A stretch of DNA of 64,000 bases from an uncultured Elusimicrobia bacterium (GTDB lineage Bacteria > Elusimicrobiota > Elusimicrobia > 2-01-FULL-59-12), in NCBI GenBank assembly GCA_963702895.1, contig OY969767.1, forward strand, positions 2,496,001 through 2,560,000, in the 5' to 3' direction. The translations under genes and the position numbers were made by a program. Shown here in pieces: positions 1 to 9,575 of this stretch (position 1 is its first letter; each line of letters opens with the position of its first letter). Under the pieces are notes generated by a model, which had not been told where the DNA came from, did no database searches, and saw nothing but the letters and a program-made list of their open reading frames with translations.

Positions 1-542
1 CAAAGACAACCTCACCTGCCGCATCACCGGACAGCAAGAAATTCCCTTAAAAAACGGCCTGTTGTACGATCGCACCATTGAGCTTACAGGCCCACGCACC
101 AAGACGAAATACAAGAAACCTTTACGACTCATCGGCTACTACGATGCCGACACCGCCATCACTTACCAGTTTATGACCAATAACTTCAAACTGGCCGCTT
201 TCACCATTGCCCAAATCTATAAGGCCCGTTGGCAGATCGAGCTGTTCTTCAAGTGGCTCAAGCAGCATCTCAAAATCAAAACGTTCCTCGGCACTTCCAA
301 AAATGCCGTCTTTACCCAAATCTGGGTGGCCTTGTGCTATTTCCTGCTCCTGGCCTACATCAAGTTCCAGACACGATTCCAGCGTTCGCTGTTCTTGCTG
401 CACCGGTTGGTTCAGAATACCCTTCTCGACCGGCTCAGTCTCATCGATCTATTGCGTATGCCCGAAAAGAATCTTTCAAAAGTTCGAACTATGGAGCCTC
501 AGCTATGGCTAAGCTTCGGCTAACTTTTACCGGACACCAGTG
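1..542 (+). mobile_element. IS4-family insertion sequence, right part (transposase C-terminus to 523, element end ...TTTTACCGGACACCAGTG)
   Basis: ORF contains the IS4 Y-x2-R-x3-E-x6-K signature (IYKARWQIELFFKWLKQ). The same sequence occurs inverted at 63656-64000, and identity stops after CAGTG at 542. Confidence 0.9.
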
Positions 543-574
543 GGCGAGGATGTAAAATCTATGATTCGAATCCA

Positions 575-1234
575 ATGAAACCCATCACCACCGCTCACAT
601 GCAGCGCGCGGACCGCTTGGCGAGCAAGCGCTACGGCATTCCGGTTCTTCTCCTGATGGAGAACGCGGGCCGCGCCGTCGCGCAAGCCGCCGTGCGCCGG
701 CTCAGGAAGCGGCGCGGCCCGGTCCTCGTCCTTTGCGGCGGCGGCCACAACGGCGGCGACGGTCTGGCCGCCGCCCGCACACTCCACAACCTGGGTTATC
801 GTGTGGATGTCTGGCTTCTTAAAAATCCGGCCGATTGGACGGGCGTGCTGGCGCAACACCACTTCATGGCCAAGCGAGCCGGCGTGCGGCTGAGACACTT
901 TGAAAAGATTCCGGCCAAACGCCAGCTCTCCGCATTGAAACGGGCGGCTCTGGTGGTGGACGCGCTCCTGGGAACAGGCACGAAAGGCGGCCTCCGCGGC
1001 CCTTATGCGGAAGCGATTGCTCTTATCAATAGGGCGAGGAGGCCTGTTCTTGCGGTGGATGTGCCGTCAGGGTTGGATGCCGATTCCGGAAAACCTCTTG
1101 GCCCCTGCGTGCGGGCCGCCGAAACCATCACCATGGCCGCACCGAAAACCGGCCTGGTGAAGCCCCGCGCCCGTCCTTACGTCGGCCGCCTCACGGTCGC
1201 CGAGATCGGGATCCCCCGTTCCCTTCTCGCCTAG
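575..1234 (+). CDS. nnrE: NAD(P)H-hydrate epimerase (YjeF N-terminal domain)
   Basis: LMENAG, CGGGHNGGDG, VDALLGTG and AVDVPSG motifs. Confidence 0.9.
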   Translation: MKPITTAHMQRADRLASKRYGIPVLLLMENAGRAVAQAAVRRLRKRRGPVLVLCGGGHNGGDGLAAARTLHNLGYRVDVWLLKNPADWTGVLAQHHFMAKRAGVRLRHFEKIPAKRQLSALKRAALVVDALLGTGTKGGLRGPYAEAIALINRARRPVLAVDVPSGLDADSGKPLGPCVRAAETITMAAPKTGLVKPRARPYVGRLTVAEIGIPRSLLA

Positions 1235-4200
1235 CCCGAACGCCCGGGAGGCTGCGTCTTCCGGCGGAGGGAACGCCAGCGCTCTTTGATGTCATCCAGG
1301 ATGACATACGCGATGGGAATCACAAAGAGCGTGAGCGGCATCGCGAAGGTCAGTCCCCAGGCGAGCGACAAGGCCATCGGCTGGACAAACGGTTCCAGCC
1401 CGCCAAAGCCATAGGCGGTCGGAAAGAGCCCCAGCAGGGTGGTGACGGAACTGGCCCAAATGGGCCGCAGGCGCGTGGCGCCCGCTTGCACGCAGGCCTG
1501 GCGGGCGTCGAGTCCTTCCCCGCGCGCCTGGTTGATGAAATTCACCAGCACAATCGCGTTATTGACCACCACGCCCGTCATCGCCACCACGCCGAGAAGC
1601 GCCATAAACGACAGGGGCTTGTTGTGCAGCACGAGCGCGTAGACCACCCCGGTCAGGCCGATCGGTACCGTGAGGAGAATGAGGAAAGGCTGGAGGTAGG
1701 AACCGAAGAGGGCCGCCACGATCACAAAAATGAGCAGGATGCAGACGCCAAAAGCGCGGAAGAGCGAATCGAGCGACTTCTGGGTGTCTTCTTCTTCGCC
1801 CCCAAAGATGATTTCATAGCCGGGATTTTCCCGCGGGACCGAGGCCAAGCGTTCCTTGAGAACCTTGTTGGCCTGCCGGGAGGTGATGGTTTGATCGTCG
1901 ACATTGGCGGAGACGGTGACCGTGCGCCGGTAGTTGTAGCGTTCGATGAACGGCGGCGCCTGGACTTCCTTCGCCTGCACGACCCGGCGGATCGGCACGG
2001 TATAGCCGCGGCTGTTGGCGACCTCGAGCTCCCCGAACGTCTCGATGCGGTTGGCCTGGTTTTCGGGAAGGCGAATCTTGATTTCCACTTCTTCGGTTGG
2101 CCGGCGGATTTTGGTGATCTCCCCGCCTTCATAGGCGAAGAGCAGGTGCCGCGCGACCGTTTCCACATTGAGACCCGCAAACGAGGCGGCCTCAGGCAGG
2201 ACGCGCACTTGCAGCTCGCCTTTCCCGCCTTCCCAGGTGGAGCGCACATCGCTCACGCCCGACAGGGCCGAGACTTCCCGCTTGACGCGCTCGACAATCC
2301 CATGGATCTTCTCCATGTCCCGCCCGCGCACGCGCAGGTAGATGGCCCTCCCCACCGGGGGGCCCGCGCGCAGTTTTTCAATTTCGAGCGTCTTCATGCC
2401 GGGCACCGACCCGATGCGCTGCCGGAGCTCGGCGATGATGGCGTCGGTTGAGCGCGGGCGCTTCTCTTCGGGCGTCAGGAACACGCGGGCCTGCGCGTAA
2501 TGCGTGCCGCGGCGGATATCATCGTCAAAGCCCATCAGGCCAATGGCGGTGCTCACGGTCTCGAGCTCCTGCGGCGGCAGGGCGAGCACCGCCTGCTCCA
2601 CCGGCGCGAAGCGCTTTTCGCTTTCGCTCAAGGAGGTCCCCGGCGTGAACTCGACCTTGATGAAGAATTGGTCAATGAGTCCCGCGGGGAACATGATGAT
2701 CTTCAGGCGCAGCGCGGCGACCCCGATCGTGATGAGGCCGAAACCCGCCAAAATCAAGGCGGTCTTCCAGCGATGGTGGAGCAGCCAGTCCAAGGTCTTC
2801 CGGTAAGTCGCGACGACCGCCGTGTACCAGCGCCCGGAGGAGGATTCCCGGTTGATCGGCTTCCCAAAGTGGCTCATCTCCACCACGTGGGCCGGCAGGA
2901 TAAAGAAGGCTTCGAGGAGCGAGGCGATGAAGCACAGAATGATCACGACCGGGATGATGATCATGAATTTCCCCGTGATCCCGGAGACCATGGCAAACGG
3001 GAGAAACGCCGCACATGCCGCGGCCACCGAACCCAGCACCGGCAGGAGCACTTCGCGCGCTCCATCAACAGCCGCCTGCTCGGCGGGCTTGCCCATTTCC
3101 ATGTGACGGTAGATGTTTTCGGCCACCACCACCGAATCGTCATCGAGCATGCCGAGAACGATGATAAAGGCCATGAGGCTCAAGAGGTTGATCGTTACGC
3201 CCATAAACGGGATGCCGAAGGCGAGCGCCGTCGCAAAGGAGATCGGCACCCCCCAGGCCGCGACCACCGCCAGGCGCCAGTCCAGGAAAATAAAGAGCGC
3301 GAGCATAATGAGTACGCCGCCCTGGAAAAAGTTGGAGCGCATGACGCCAAGGCGCCGTTTGACGAAATAGGAAATATCGTTCGAGAGGGTGAGGGTCATG
3401 CCCTGCGCCTGGGCCGCCGCGAGATGCGCTTCGCGGACCTGCTTGACCTGCTCGGCGAGATGGATCGTGTCCCCCTTGCGCTGTTTGCGAACGAGGAGAT
3501 TAATCGCGGGGCGCCCGTCGGATTTGAAGATCACGCGCCGTTTGGCAAAGGTTTCGCGCACCCGGGCCACGTCCCGGACGCGGACAAAGGTCCGGTCGTC
3601 ATTGCCCCGGACAATGAGCTCGCCCACCTGGTCGGGCGTGTCGAGCATCCCATCGGTGCGCACGAAGATTTCGCGCTCGCCGACCTCGATCGGCCCTCCC
3701 GGCAGGTTCATGTTGTTGGCGCGGATGGCCTCGGCCACCTGCGCGATGGAGAGCCGCAGCTCCCGCAGGCGCGCCGTGTCGACCTCGACCCAGATCTCGC
3801 GCGGCACGTCGCCCTCCGGCTCCACTTTGGAAACCCCGGGGATGTCTTCGAGCGTGTCCTGGAGCTCCTCGGCGAAACGGTCGCGCGCCTCTTCCGTACC
3901 GCCGGCGACGCTCAAGGTGATGAGCGGCCGGTCGCTCGAGACCTCCCGGGCGATCGGACGATCGACTTCCTCGGGGAGGTCTTTGACGCGGTTGACCGCC
4001 TGCTGGATTTCCTGGACCGCCTTGTCGACTTCGCGCGCGCGAAGGTCCTCATCGAGCCAGATGATGATCTGGGTCCGGTCCTCCAGCGACCACGACTGGA
4101 CCTTGTCGATGCCGTTGACGCCGCGCAGCTCGTCTTCGATGGGGGCGGTCACCAGGCGCTCGACTTCCTGGGGGCTGGCGCCGGGATAGAGGGCCTCAAC

Positions 4201-4332
4201 GATCACGATGTCAAAGGAAAAATCCGGGAAGGCCTCGCGGCGCACACGGACAAATTGATAGGCCCCCACCACAATCAGGAAAACGGTGAGCAGGTTGGAG
4301 AGGATTTTCCGCTTGAGGAAAAACTCGATCAT
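1231..4332 (-). CDS. RND efflux permease (AcrB/AcrD/AcrF family)
   Basis: 1033 aa with RND TM pattern; YPGASPQEVE, GMLDDDSVVVAENI and RLRPI motifs. Confidence 0.93.
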   Translation of the reverse strand: MIEFFLKRKILSNLLTVFLIVVGAYQFVRVRREAFPDFSFDIVIVEALYPGASPQEVERLVTAPIEDELRGVNGIDKVQSWSLEDRTQIIIWLDEDLRAREVDKAVQEIQQAVNRVKDLPEEVDRPIAREVSSDRPLITLSVAGGTEEARDRFAEELQDTLEDIPGVSKVEPEGDVPREIWVEVDTARLRELRLSIAQVAEAIRANNMNLPGGPIEVGEREIFVRTDGMLDTPDQVGELIVRGNDDRTFVRVRDVARVRETFAKRRVIFKSDGRPAINLLVRKQRKGDTIHLAEQVKQVREAHLAAAQAQGMTLTLSNDISYFVKRRLGVMRSNFFQGGVLIMLALFIFLDWRLAVVAAWGVPISFATALAFGIPFMGVTINLLSLMAFIIVLGMLDDDSVVVAENIYRHMEMGKPAEQAAVDGAREVLLPVLGSVAAACAAFLPFAMVSGITGKFMIIIPVVIILCFIASLLEAFFILPAHVVEMSHFGKPINRESSSGRWYTAVVATYRKTLDWLLHHRWKTALILAGFGLITIGVAALRLKIIMFPAGLIDQFFIKVEFTPGTSLSESEKRFAPVEQAVLALPPQELETVSTAIGLMGFDDDIRRGTHYAQARVFLTPEEKRPRSTDAIIAELRQRIGSVPGMKTLEIEKLRAGPPVGRAIYLRVRGRDMEKIHGIVERVKREVSALSGVSDVRSTWEGGKGELQVRVLPEAASFAGLNVETVARHLLFAYEGGEITKIRRPTEEVEIKIRLPENQANRIETFGELEVANSRGYTVPIRRVVQAKEVQAPPFIERYNYRRTVTVSANVDDQTITSRQANKVLKERLASVPRENPGYEIIFGGEEEDTQKSLDSLFRAFGVCILLIFVIVAALFGSYLQPFLILLTVPIGLTGVVYALVLHNKPLSFMALLGVVAMTGVVVNNAIVLVNFINQARGEGLDARQACVQAGATRLRPIWASSVTTLLGLFPTAYGFGGLEPFVQPMALSLAWGLTFAMPLTLFVIPIAYVILDDIKERWRSLRRKTQPPGRSG

Positions 4333-5786
4333 CGCGCCGCCCCCGGCCGCAGGGATTCACCGATGGCATAGCGCAAGCCGATCTCGCTTAAGGCCAGCTC
4401 CTCTTCAGCTCCCGCCAGGCGCCGCCGGGCGGTGCGGGCGTCTTCCTGGAAACGGATGAACTGATCGGTCGAGGACCGGCCGCGGGACACCTCCCGGCGC
4501 TCCTCCGCGAGTTTCGCGGACTGGGCTTTCGCCACGCGCTCATACGCCTCGTACTTGGCGCGCACCGCCCGCCAGTTCTCCCAGGCGGTTCGCACCTCGC
4601 GCTCCACGCGCTGGCGCAGCGCGTCCAGGCTCGCCTGCTCAACCGCGACGCGGTAGTGGGCGGCTTGGCGATCGATGCGCTCCCGCCGGAAACTCATCGG
4701 GACCGAGAGGGAAAGGCCCGTCCGGAACACCGGATGGTCCCCGGAGAACGTGTCATCCCAGGACTCCTGATGCTGCGTGTCCAGCCCGGTCCATCCCAAA
4801 CCGGCGGAGAGGTCCAGCCGCGGGAGCACCTGAAGTTTGGCGAGGCTCAGCGCATGGTCGGCCGCCTTCGCGCGCGCGCGGGCCGCCTGGACATCCGGCC
4901 GGGTTTCCCAGGCCCGGGCAACGGCCTCCTTCAGGCCGGGCGGTGTCCATTGCGGCGTGTAGAGGGAAACGGGATTCACCTTGTCTTCCGGGGGGAATTG
5001 ATCCAGGATGCCCATGGTCTCCAGAAGTGCGAACTGCTGGTTCCAGATCAGGTTCTCGATCACCACGAGATCCGCTTCATAGACCGCCTTGGCCGCGTCG
5101 GCCTGGAGCACATCGGATTCCAGGGCGGTCCCATAGCGCTTCTTTTCCTGCTGTTTGGTGAGCAGTTTGCGGGCGTCCGCAAGCGCCTCTTGCTCGATCG
5201 AGAGAAGCCGGTAGCCGATCCTCAGCCGCCAGTAATTTCGTGACGCTTCGGCCGAGAGCGTGTCCTCCAATCGCCTGAGGTCACCTTCCGCCGCGGTGGT
5301 GGCTTCCCGCTCGCGGCCGCGGATGGCCCGGTCGGGACGGCCCCAGAAGTCACGCAAGAGAGACTGCGACAGCGTGAGCGCAAGGGAGGAGGCCACGGCG
5401 GGGTTGACCGGGCGCAAGGCGGCGTTGGAATCGGCGTCGTTGGAGAGCCAGTCGAGTGAGACCTGGGTCCCTGTGACCAGAGCCTGAGAGAGGCCGAGCC
5501 CCCATTCGCTCGTGATGTTTCGGTTTCCCTGGAAGGGCACGACCGGCGAGGTTTGGTCCTTGAGATAGTCATAGCGCGCGGACAACTGGGGATCTTGGAT
5601 GGAAAGATAGCGCGCTTCGCCGAGGGCCACGATGTCGCTCTGTCGTGCCGCTTCGCGCAGCACGGCGCTGTTTTGGAGCGTTTGCGTGATGGCCTCTTCG
5701 ATGGTGAGCTCGCGCGCGACCGCTCCCGCTGGACCCGTCAGTCCCAGCGCACACCCAAGAAGCACCGCCCCGAAAATCTGCCTCAT
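4329..5786 (-). CDS. TolC-family outer membrane efflux protein
   Basis: Signal peptide, 'LTIEEAI', 'RPDV..A', 'LPRLDLSA', two helical repeats; overlaps the RND start by 4 bp. Confidence 0.88.
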   Translation of the reverse strand: MRQIFGAVLLGCALGLTGPAGAVARELTIEEAITQTLQNSAVLREAARQSDIVALGEARYLSIQDPQLSARYDYLKDQTSPVVPFQGNRNITSEWGLGLSQALVTGTQVSLDWLSNDADSNAALRPVNPAVASSLALTLSQSLLRDFWGRPDRAIRGREREATTAAEGDLRRLEDTLSAEASRNYWRLRIGYRLLSIEQEALADARKLLTKQQEKKRYGTALESDVLQADAAKAVYEADLVVIENLIWNQQFALLETMGILDQFPPEDKVNPVSLYTPQWTPPGLKEAVARAWETRPDVQAARARAKAADHALSLAKLQVLPRLDLSAGLGWTGLDTQHQESWDDTFSGDHPVFRTGLSLSVPMSFRRERIDRQAAHYRVAVEQASLDALRQRVEREVRTAWENWRAVRAKYEAYERVAKAQSAKLAEERREVSRGRSSTDQFIRFQEDARTARRRLAGAEEELALSEIGLRYAIGESLRPGAAR

Positions 5787-5813
5787 ATTCTTTCAGTATA
5801 CGAAAGCACTCTG

Positions 5814-6095
5814 CTATTCGGCCGTTGTATCGACGTACGGCTTTGAGGTTGGCGGGGCATTTTGCTTCGTCAGTTGCTGGCCCCATCGGCGGATGAGAAG
5901 GGCCGCAACGACCATCAGAAAGTCATCCAGGAAGCCAACAAGTCCGGTGAGCGCTTCGGGGAAAAGATCGATCGGAGAAAAGACGTAGGCCAGAACGGTG
6001 ATCAAGAGGAGCACGGGATGCCGCTCAAAAAAACGGGCCAGGCCCTCTGCCGCCCATCGTAGGATGGAAGCCTTCGCGCTCATCGCTGGCATCAT
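5814..6095 (-). CDS. DUF1232/YkvA-family membrane protein
   Basis: AYVFSPIDLFPE...GFLDD motif. Confidence 0.8.
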   Translation of the reverse strand: MMPAMSAKASILRWAAEGLARFFERHPVLLLITVLAYVFSPIDLFPEALTGLVGFLDDFLMVVAALLIRRWGQQLTKQNAPPTSKPYVDTTAE

Positions 6096-6126
6096 ACACC
6101 TGGAGGGAGGGTCCTCACAAACGCAA

Positions 6127-6205
6127 GTATCGGGGTAAGGGGGTATCGGGGTAACAGAGTATCGGAGTAACGGGGTAACGGGGTAACGGGGTAACGGGGT
6201 AACGG
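6127..6205. repeat. Intergenic 8-bp tandem repeat (CGGGGTAA/T), about 10 units
   Basis: gtatcggggtaagggggtatcggggtaacagagtatcggagtaa(cggggtaa)x4 read directly. Confidence 0.9.
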
Positions 6206-6392
6206 TGGATCCGCTTTGACTTGACTCCGGTGCGCCGATACTCCGTTACGCGAATAGCTATCAGCGGCCGCAGGCGGGGCAGGCGGAATCCTGTTGGACA
6301 CGGATGGTCTGGAAATCGGCAGACTCACCGTCCCAGAGGAGGAGCTCCCCCTTGAAGGGCCGGCCGATGCCTGCGAGCCGCTTGCGAGGGAG

Positions 6393-6587
6393 TCAGCCTG
6401 ACCCTTTGGGTTTGTCTGTATTGATGCCGAAGAGTGTCCAGAGGGGGCAGAAGCGGAAAAAGCCCGTTGCCAGCGGCACCAAGCCAACCAAGCCCCACCA
6501 GCTCTGCCACAGCGCTCCCGCCACAAGAATAAGAGCGCCCGCGACGATACGGATTTTGCGTTCAGCCCCACCAACATTGCATGTCAT
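6393..6587 (-). CDS. DUF2892/YgaP-like membrane protein
   Basis: MTCNVGGAERKIR...RFCPLWTLFGINT. Confidence 0.85.
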   Translation of the reverse strand: MTCNVGGAERKIRIVAGALILVAGALWQSWWGLVGLVPLATGFFRFCPLWTLFGINTDKPKGSG

Positions 6588-6648
6588 GAGAAGCCTCCTT
6601 AGGAGATATCCGTCTGGCAAAACGATGGCCGCCCAGGTGGAGCGCTGT

Positions 6649-7314
6649 CTATTTCTTGTCCAGCAAGCGGTTCAGGAGGGAAGAGGCAAAGCCTGTCCCA
6701 CCGACACCGAAGGCCAACACAAAGGTAATGCAAAGGGTCACATACGTCACGCCAAGAACCATCAAGAGAATCTCCCGAGGAACGCCGATATGAAACATGC
6801 AAGCCAGGGCGGTGGAAATGAGCACCACCCATTTGGCGCCGTCAGCCAGAAGATCCGGTTTCGCATAGCCAGCGCTCGCCGCCGCCCCGCGGATGACCCG
6901 ATGGACCAGCATGCTCAAGAAAAGACCGGCCATGCCAACGACGGCCACCACCAGCACGGCAATCGTATAACCCACAATCATGTCGATCTGAAACGACACG
7001 TTTCGGAGTTTGAGCCGCTCCAGGGCCATGACCGCGACCGAAACCACAATCAGCCAATAGACGACCGTGGCCACGTATTGATGCGGGGGCCTGCTTTCCT
7101 CGTCCGGTAGGAGCCGTATGGATTTCGAGAACCGGTCAAAACCCACCGATCTTAAAAAGGCCCGGAGGAAGACCTGCACCAGAAGCGCCGCGGCCACGCC
7201 CATCGCCATGATGAAAAAGGCAGAAATGAGATTGGGTAAAAAAGTGACGACACTGCGCCCGATGTCTAAGACTGGAGTGATGAGAAGCTGATACCAATCC
7301 AAGGGTTGCTCCAT
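6649..7314 (-). CDS. Membrane protein with conserved TM-helix repeats (CmpX/MscS-associated type)
   Basis: FLPNLISA, GFDR and LAFGVGG motifs; about 5-6 TM segments. Confidence 0.7.
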   Translation of the reverse strand: MEQPLDWYQLLITPVLDIGRSVVTFLPNLISAFFIMAMGVAAALLVQVFLRAFLRSVGFDRFSKSIRLLPDEESRPPHQYVATVVYWLIVVSVAVMALERLKLRNVSFQIDMIVGYTIAVLVVAVVGMAGLFLSMLVHRVIRGAAASAGYAKPDLLADGAKWVVLISTALACMFHIGVPREILLMVLGVTYVTLCITFVLAFGVGGTGFASSLLNRLLDKK

Positions 7315-7477
7315 GTGCAGGCCTCCTTTTGACGATTTCTCGAGATACCGCTTCTTGACTTGATGAGGAGCGCCCTCCTGGGGAGCGCCGTCACCGTTTT
7401 CATGCTACAAAAATCTGTCGCCTTTGCGCACCCGCGAAGGAACATCCCGGGTCGCCTGGGTCGGTCACAAAAGATAA

Positions 7478-7505
7478 GCCCCCCGCCACTTCCGTGGCGG
7501 GGGGC
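7478..7505 (-). terminator. Probable intrinsic terminator
   Basis: 12-bp stem gccccccgccac/gtggcggggggc followed by a T-rich tail on the minus strand, downstream of the 7542 gene. Confidence 0.6.
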
Positions 7506-7541
7506 CTGCTCGGTTAAGCTAGGGGCCTCCGAGATTTTTCT

Positions 7542-8033
7542 TTAGAGCCTGGCCATCGGCAACGTCACATCCAGCGGGGCCAGCGCTTCATCGATCAGGA
7601 TCTGCCGTCCTTGCACAGTACTTGTCTGGAGTTCGAGGGAGGTCCCCGTAATTTCCCAGCTCAGGGCGGTGTTCGGTTCTCCTTGAACAGACACGGCGAT
7701 ACGGTAGCGGCCATTTTCATCGGCCCTGCTATGGAAAGAGCGTACCTCGAGGCTGGACATCACCCGAAGCTCGATCCGGGCATTCGGACAGGGTCTGTCT
7801 TCATGAAGAGCTTCCCCGGAAAATACGTACTTATAAGTACGTAAGAGCGACGCCGTGGAATTCTTTCGGCGGACATTGTTCATCCGCTCCGGCAGAGCTG
7901 TGATATCTCGGACCGCGGTCGGGGCGGCGAGCGTGACGGGCTGGTGTGGTGAGCGACTTGTCGAGAGGCTGCTTGAACCGAAGGAGCTTATGATCGAGGC
8001 GATAAGCGCAATCGGGAGGTAGATGGCTTTCAT
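7542..8033 (-). CDS. Hypothetical secreted protein with a beta-rich C-terminal domain
   Basis: MKAIYLPIALIAS signal-like N-terminus; purine-rich RBS-like sequence upstream. Confidence 0.55.
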   Translation of the reverse strand: MKAIYLPIALIASIISSFGSSSLSTSRSPHQPVTLAAPTAVRDITALPERMNNVRRKNSTASLLRTYKYVFSGEALHEDRPCPNARIELRVMSSLEVRSFHSRADENGRYRIAVSVQGEPNTALSWEITGTSLELQTSTVQGRQILIDEALAPLDVTLPMARL

Positions 8034-8173
8034 GGTTTTGGGGCCCCTATTCTCCCCTCCCTGCGACATTCTATGAGTACCTGGAATAGCAAAAATGTGA
8101 AATAGGGCCCCAGGGCCGAAATACGGTCCTGATAGGCCTATGAAATTCCTGGGCCCGTTATTGACTTTGGGTG

Positions 8174-9561
8174 GAGTTCTTGTCAAATGTACTGGAAATA
8201 GGGCAACGCCCCTTTCGTTGAATGTCTCTTAGGCCGCGACCTCCAGCTTCTCTCTTTCCACAAATAGTACTTCAACCAATTCCGGCTTTGCGATCGGCTT
8301 CCAGAACTGCGCTAAACGCTCAATGACCTTGTAGACGAATGCCACGCCTGTTCGGGATTTCTGGAACCGGCGCACGACTCGCGTCCGCAACCGCACTCCC
8401 GCGAAGACCGACTCAATCGGATTGCTCGTCTTCAAATGGACCCAGTGCTCCTTCGGAAAGTCGAAGTACCTCAGCAACGTGTCATGATCCTTGCGCACAC
8501 AAGCCGCAGCCTTCGGATAGCGAATTTCAAGATCCTCAGCCAACAAGGCCAACTGGTTCTCCGCGTCTTCGCGGCGCTCCGCCTGATAGGCCACCCGCAG
8601 GCGATTGAGGACTTCATCCTGCTTAGCCTTCGGCACTTTATCCACGACGTTGCGCATCTTGTGCTTCCAACACCGTTGATCCTTCGCCGAGGGATACACC
8701 TCTGCCACCGCCTCCCAGAGCCCTCCGATCCCGTCGCCGATGACCAACAGCGGAGCAGGCATACCGCGCTCCGCGACCCCTCTCCAGATTTCCTTCCAGG
8801 AATCCCGGCTCTCCCGGTAGCCTTCCATCAGCGCGATCAGTTCCTTCTGGCCTTTCGCGTTGACGCCCACCAGAACCAGAAGCGCTGTGTTCTCTTTTTC
8901 CAGCCCCGCTTTTAAATACACGCCGTCTGCCCAGACATAGGCGTAACGCGTCTCCGATAGGTCCCGGCGACTGAACGTAGCCAGGTCCGACTGAAACTTC
9001 GCCGATAGACGCAGGATCGTGCTGGCTGATAAGGTGGCTCCATCCCCGATCAGTGCTCGCAACGCCGGCTCAAAGTCCCGACTCGAGAGTCCCTCCAGGT
9101 ACAGCCGCCGGAATAACTCCTCGACCCCTTCCGTCCGCCGCTGGTAGGGCCGCAAGATGCTCGACTCAAACTCGCCTCCGTCCACCTGGGGCACCGATAG
9201 CTTCAGCCCCGCCCCCAACACCGTCACCTTCCGCTCCCGCGTTCCGTTCCGATAGCCTTTCTCCAGATTCTTCGCCCGTTCATAGCGCCGACGCTCTAAA
9301 TACATCGTCACTTCTTCTTCCAGGGCCTCCACCAGCATCTTGCGCGCTCCTTCACGGGCCAGATAATCCACCATGCTCTCGCCTTTGTGCTGAGTCCCTT
9401 TCTCGTTTACAATGGTTTCCATAACGGCGTCTCCTTTTCGTTTATTGTCCGCTCGAACGGACAGGTTTGTGTGTTTCAACGAAAGGGTACGCCGTTTCTA
9501 TTTCCTAAGGCAAATCCTTCCTTGCCTTAAAACCTATTTCCAGCACTTTTGATGGTAACTC
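8174..9561 (-). mobile_element. IS256-family element with 29-bp imperfect IRs and 8-bp target duplication TTTGGGTG
   Basis: IRs gagttcttgtcaaatgtactggaaatagg and gagttaccatcaaaagtgctggaaatagg; TTTGGGTG at 8166-8173 and 9562-9569. Confidence 0.9.
8229..9422 (-). CDS. IS256-family (Mutator-type) transposase
   Basis: GYRNG, WADG, IGDG, QRCWKHKMRN and TSNPIES motifs. Confidence 0.93.
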   Translation of the reverse strand: METIVNEKGTQHKGESMVDYLAREGARKMLVEALEEEVTMYLERRRYERAKNLEKGYRNGTRERKVTVLGAGLKLSVPQVDGGEFESSILRPYQRRTEGVEELFRRLYLEGLSSRDFEPALRALIGDGATLSASTILRLSAKFQSDLATFSRRDLSETRYAYVWADGVYLKAGLEKENTALLVLVGVNAKGQKELIALMEGYRESRDSWKEIWRGVAERGMPAPLLVIGDGIGGLWEAVAEVYPSAKDQRCWKHKMRNVVDKVPKAKQDEVLNRLRVAYQAERREDAENQLALLAEDLEIRYPKAAACVRKDHDTLLRYFDFPKEHWVHLKTSNPIESVFAGVRLRTRVVRRFQKSRTGVAFVYKVIERLAQFWKPIAKPELVEVLFVEREKLEVAA

Positions 9562-9575
9562 TTTGGGTGGAAAAA

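Noticed and set aside
1486..4371. Long plus-strand ORFs (321 and 623 aa)
   Set aside because: Antisense shadows of the high-GC RND gene, with no motifs.
6092..6577. ORF with PLPRY repeats
   Set aside because: A translation product of the octamer repeat, overlapping the DUF2892 gene.
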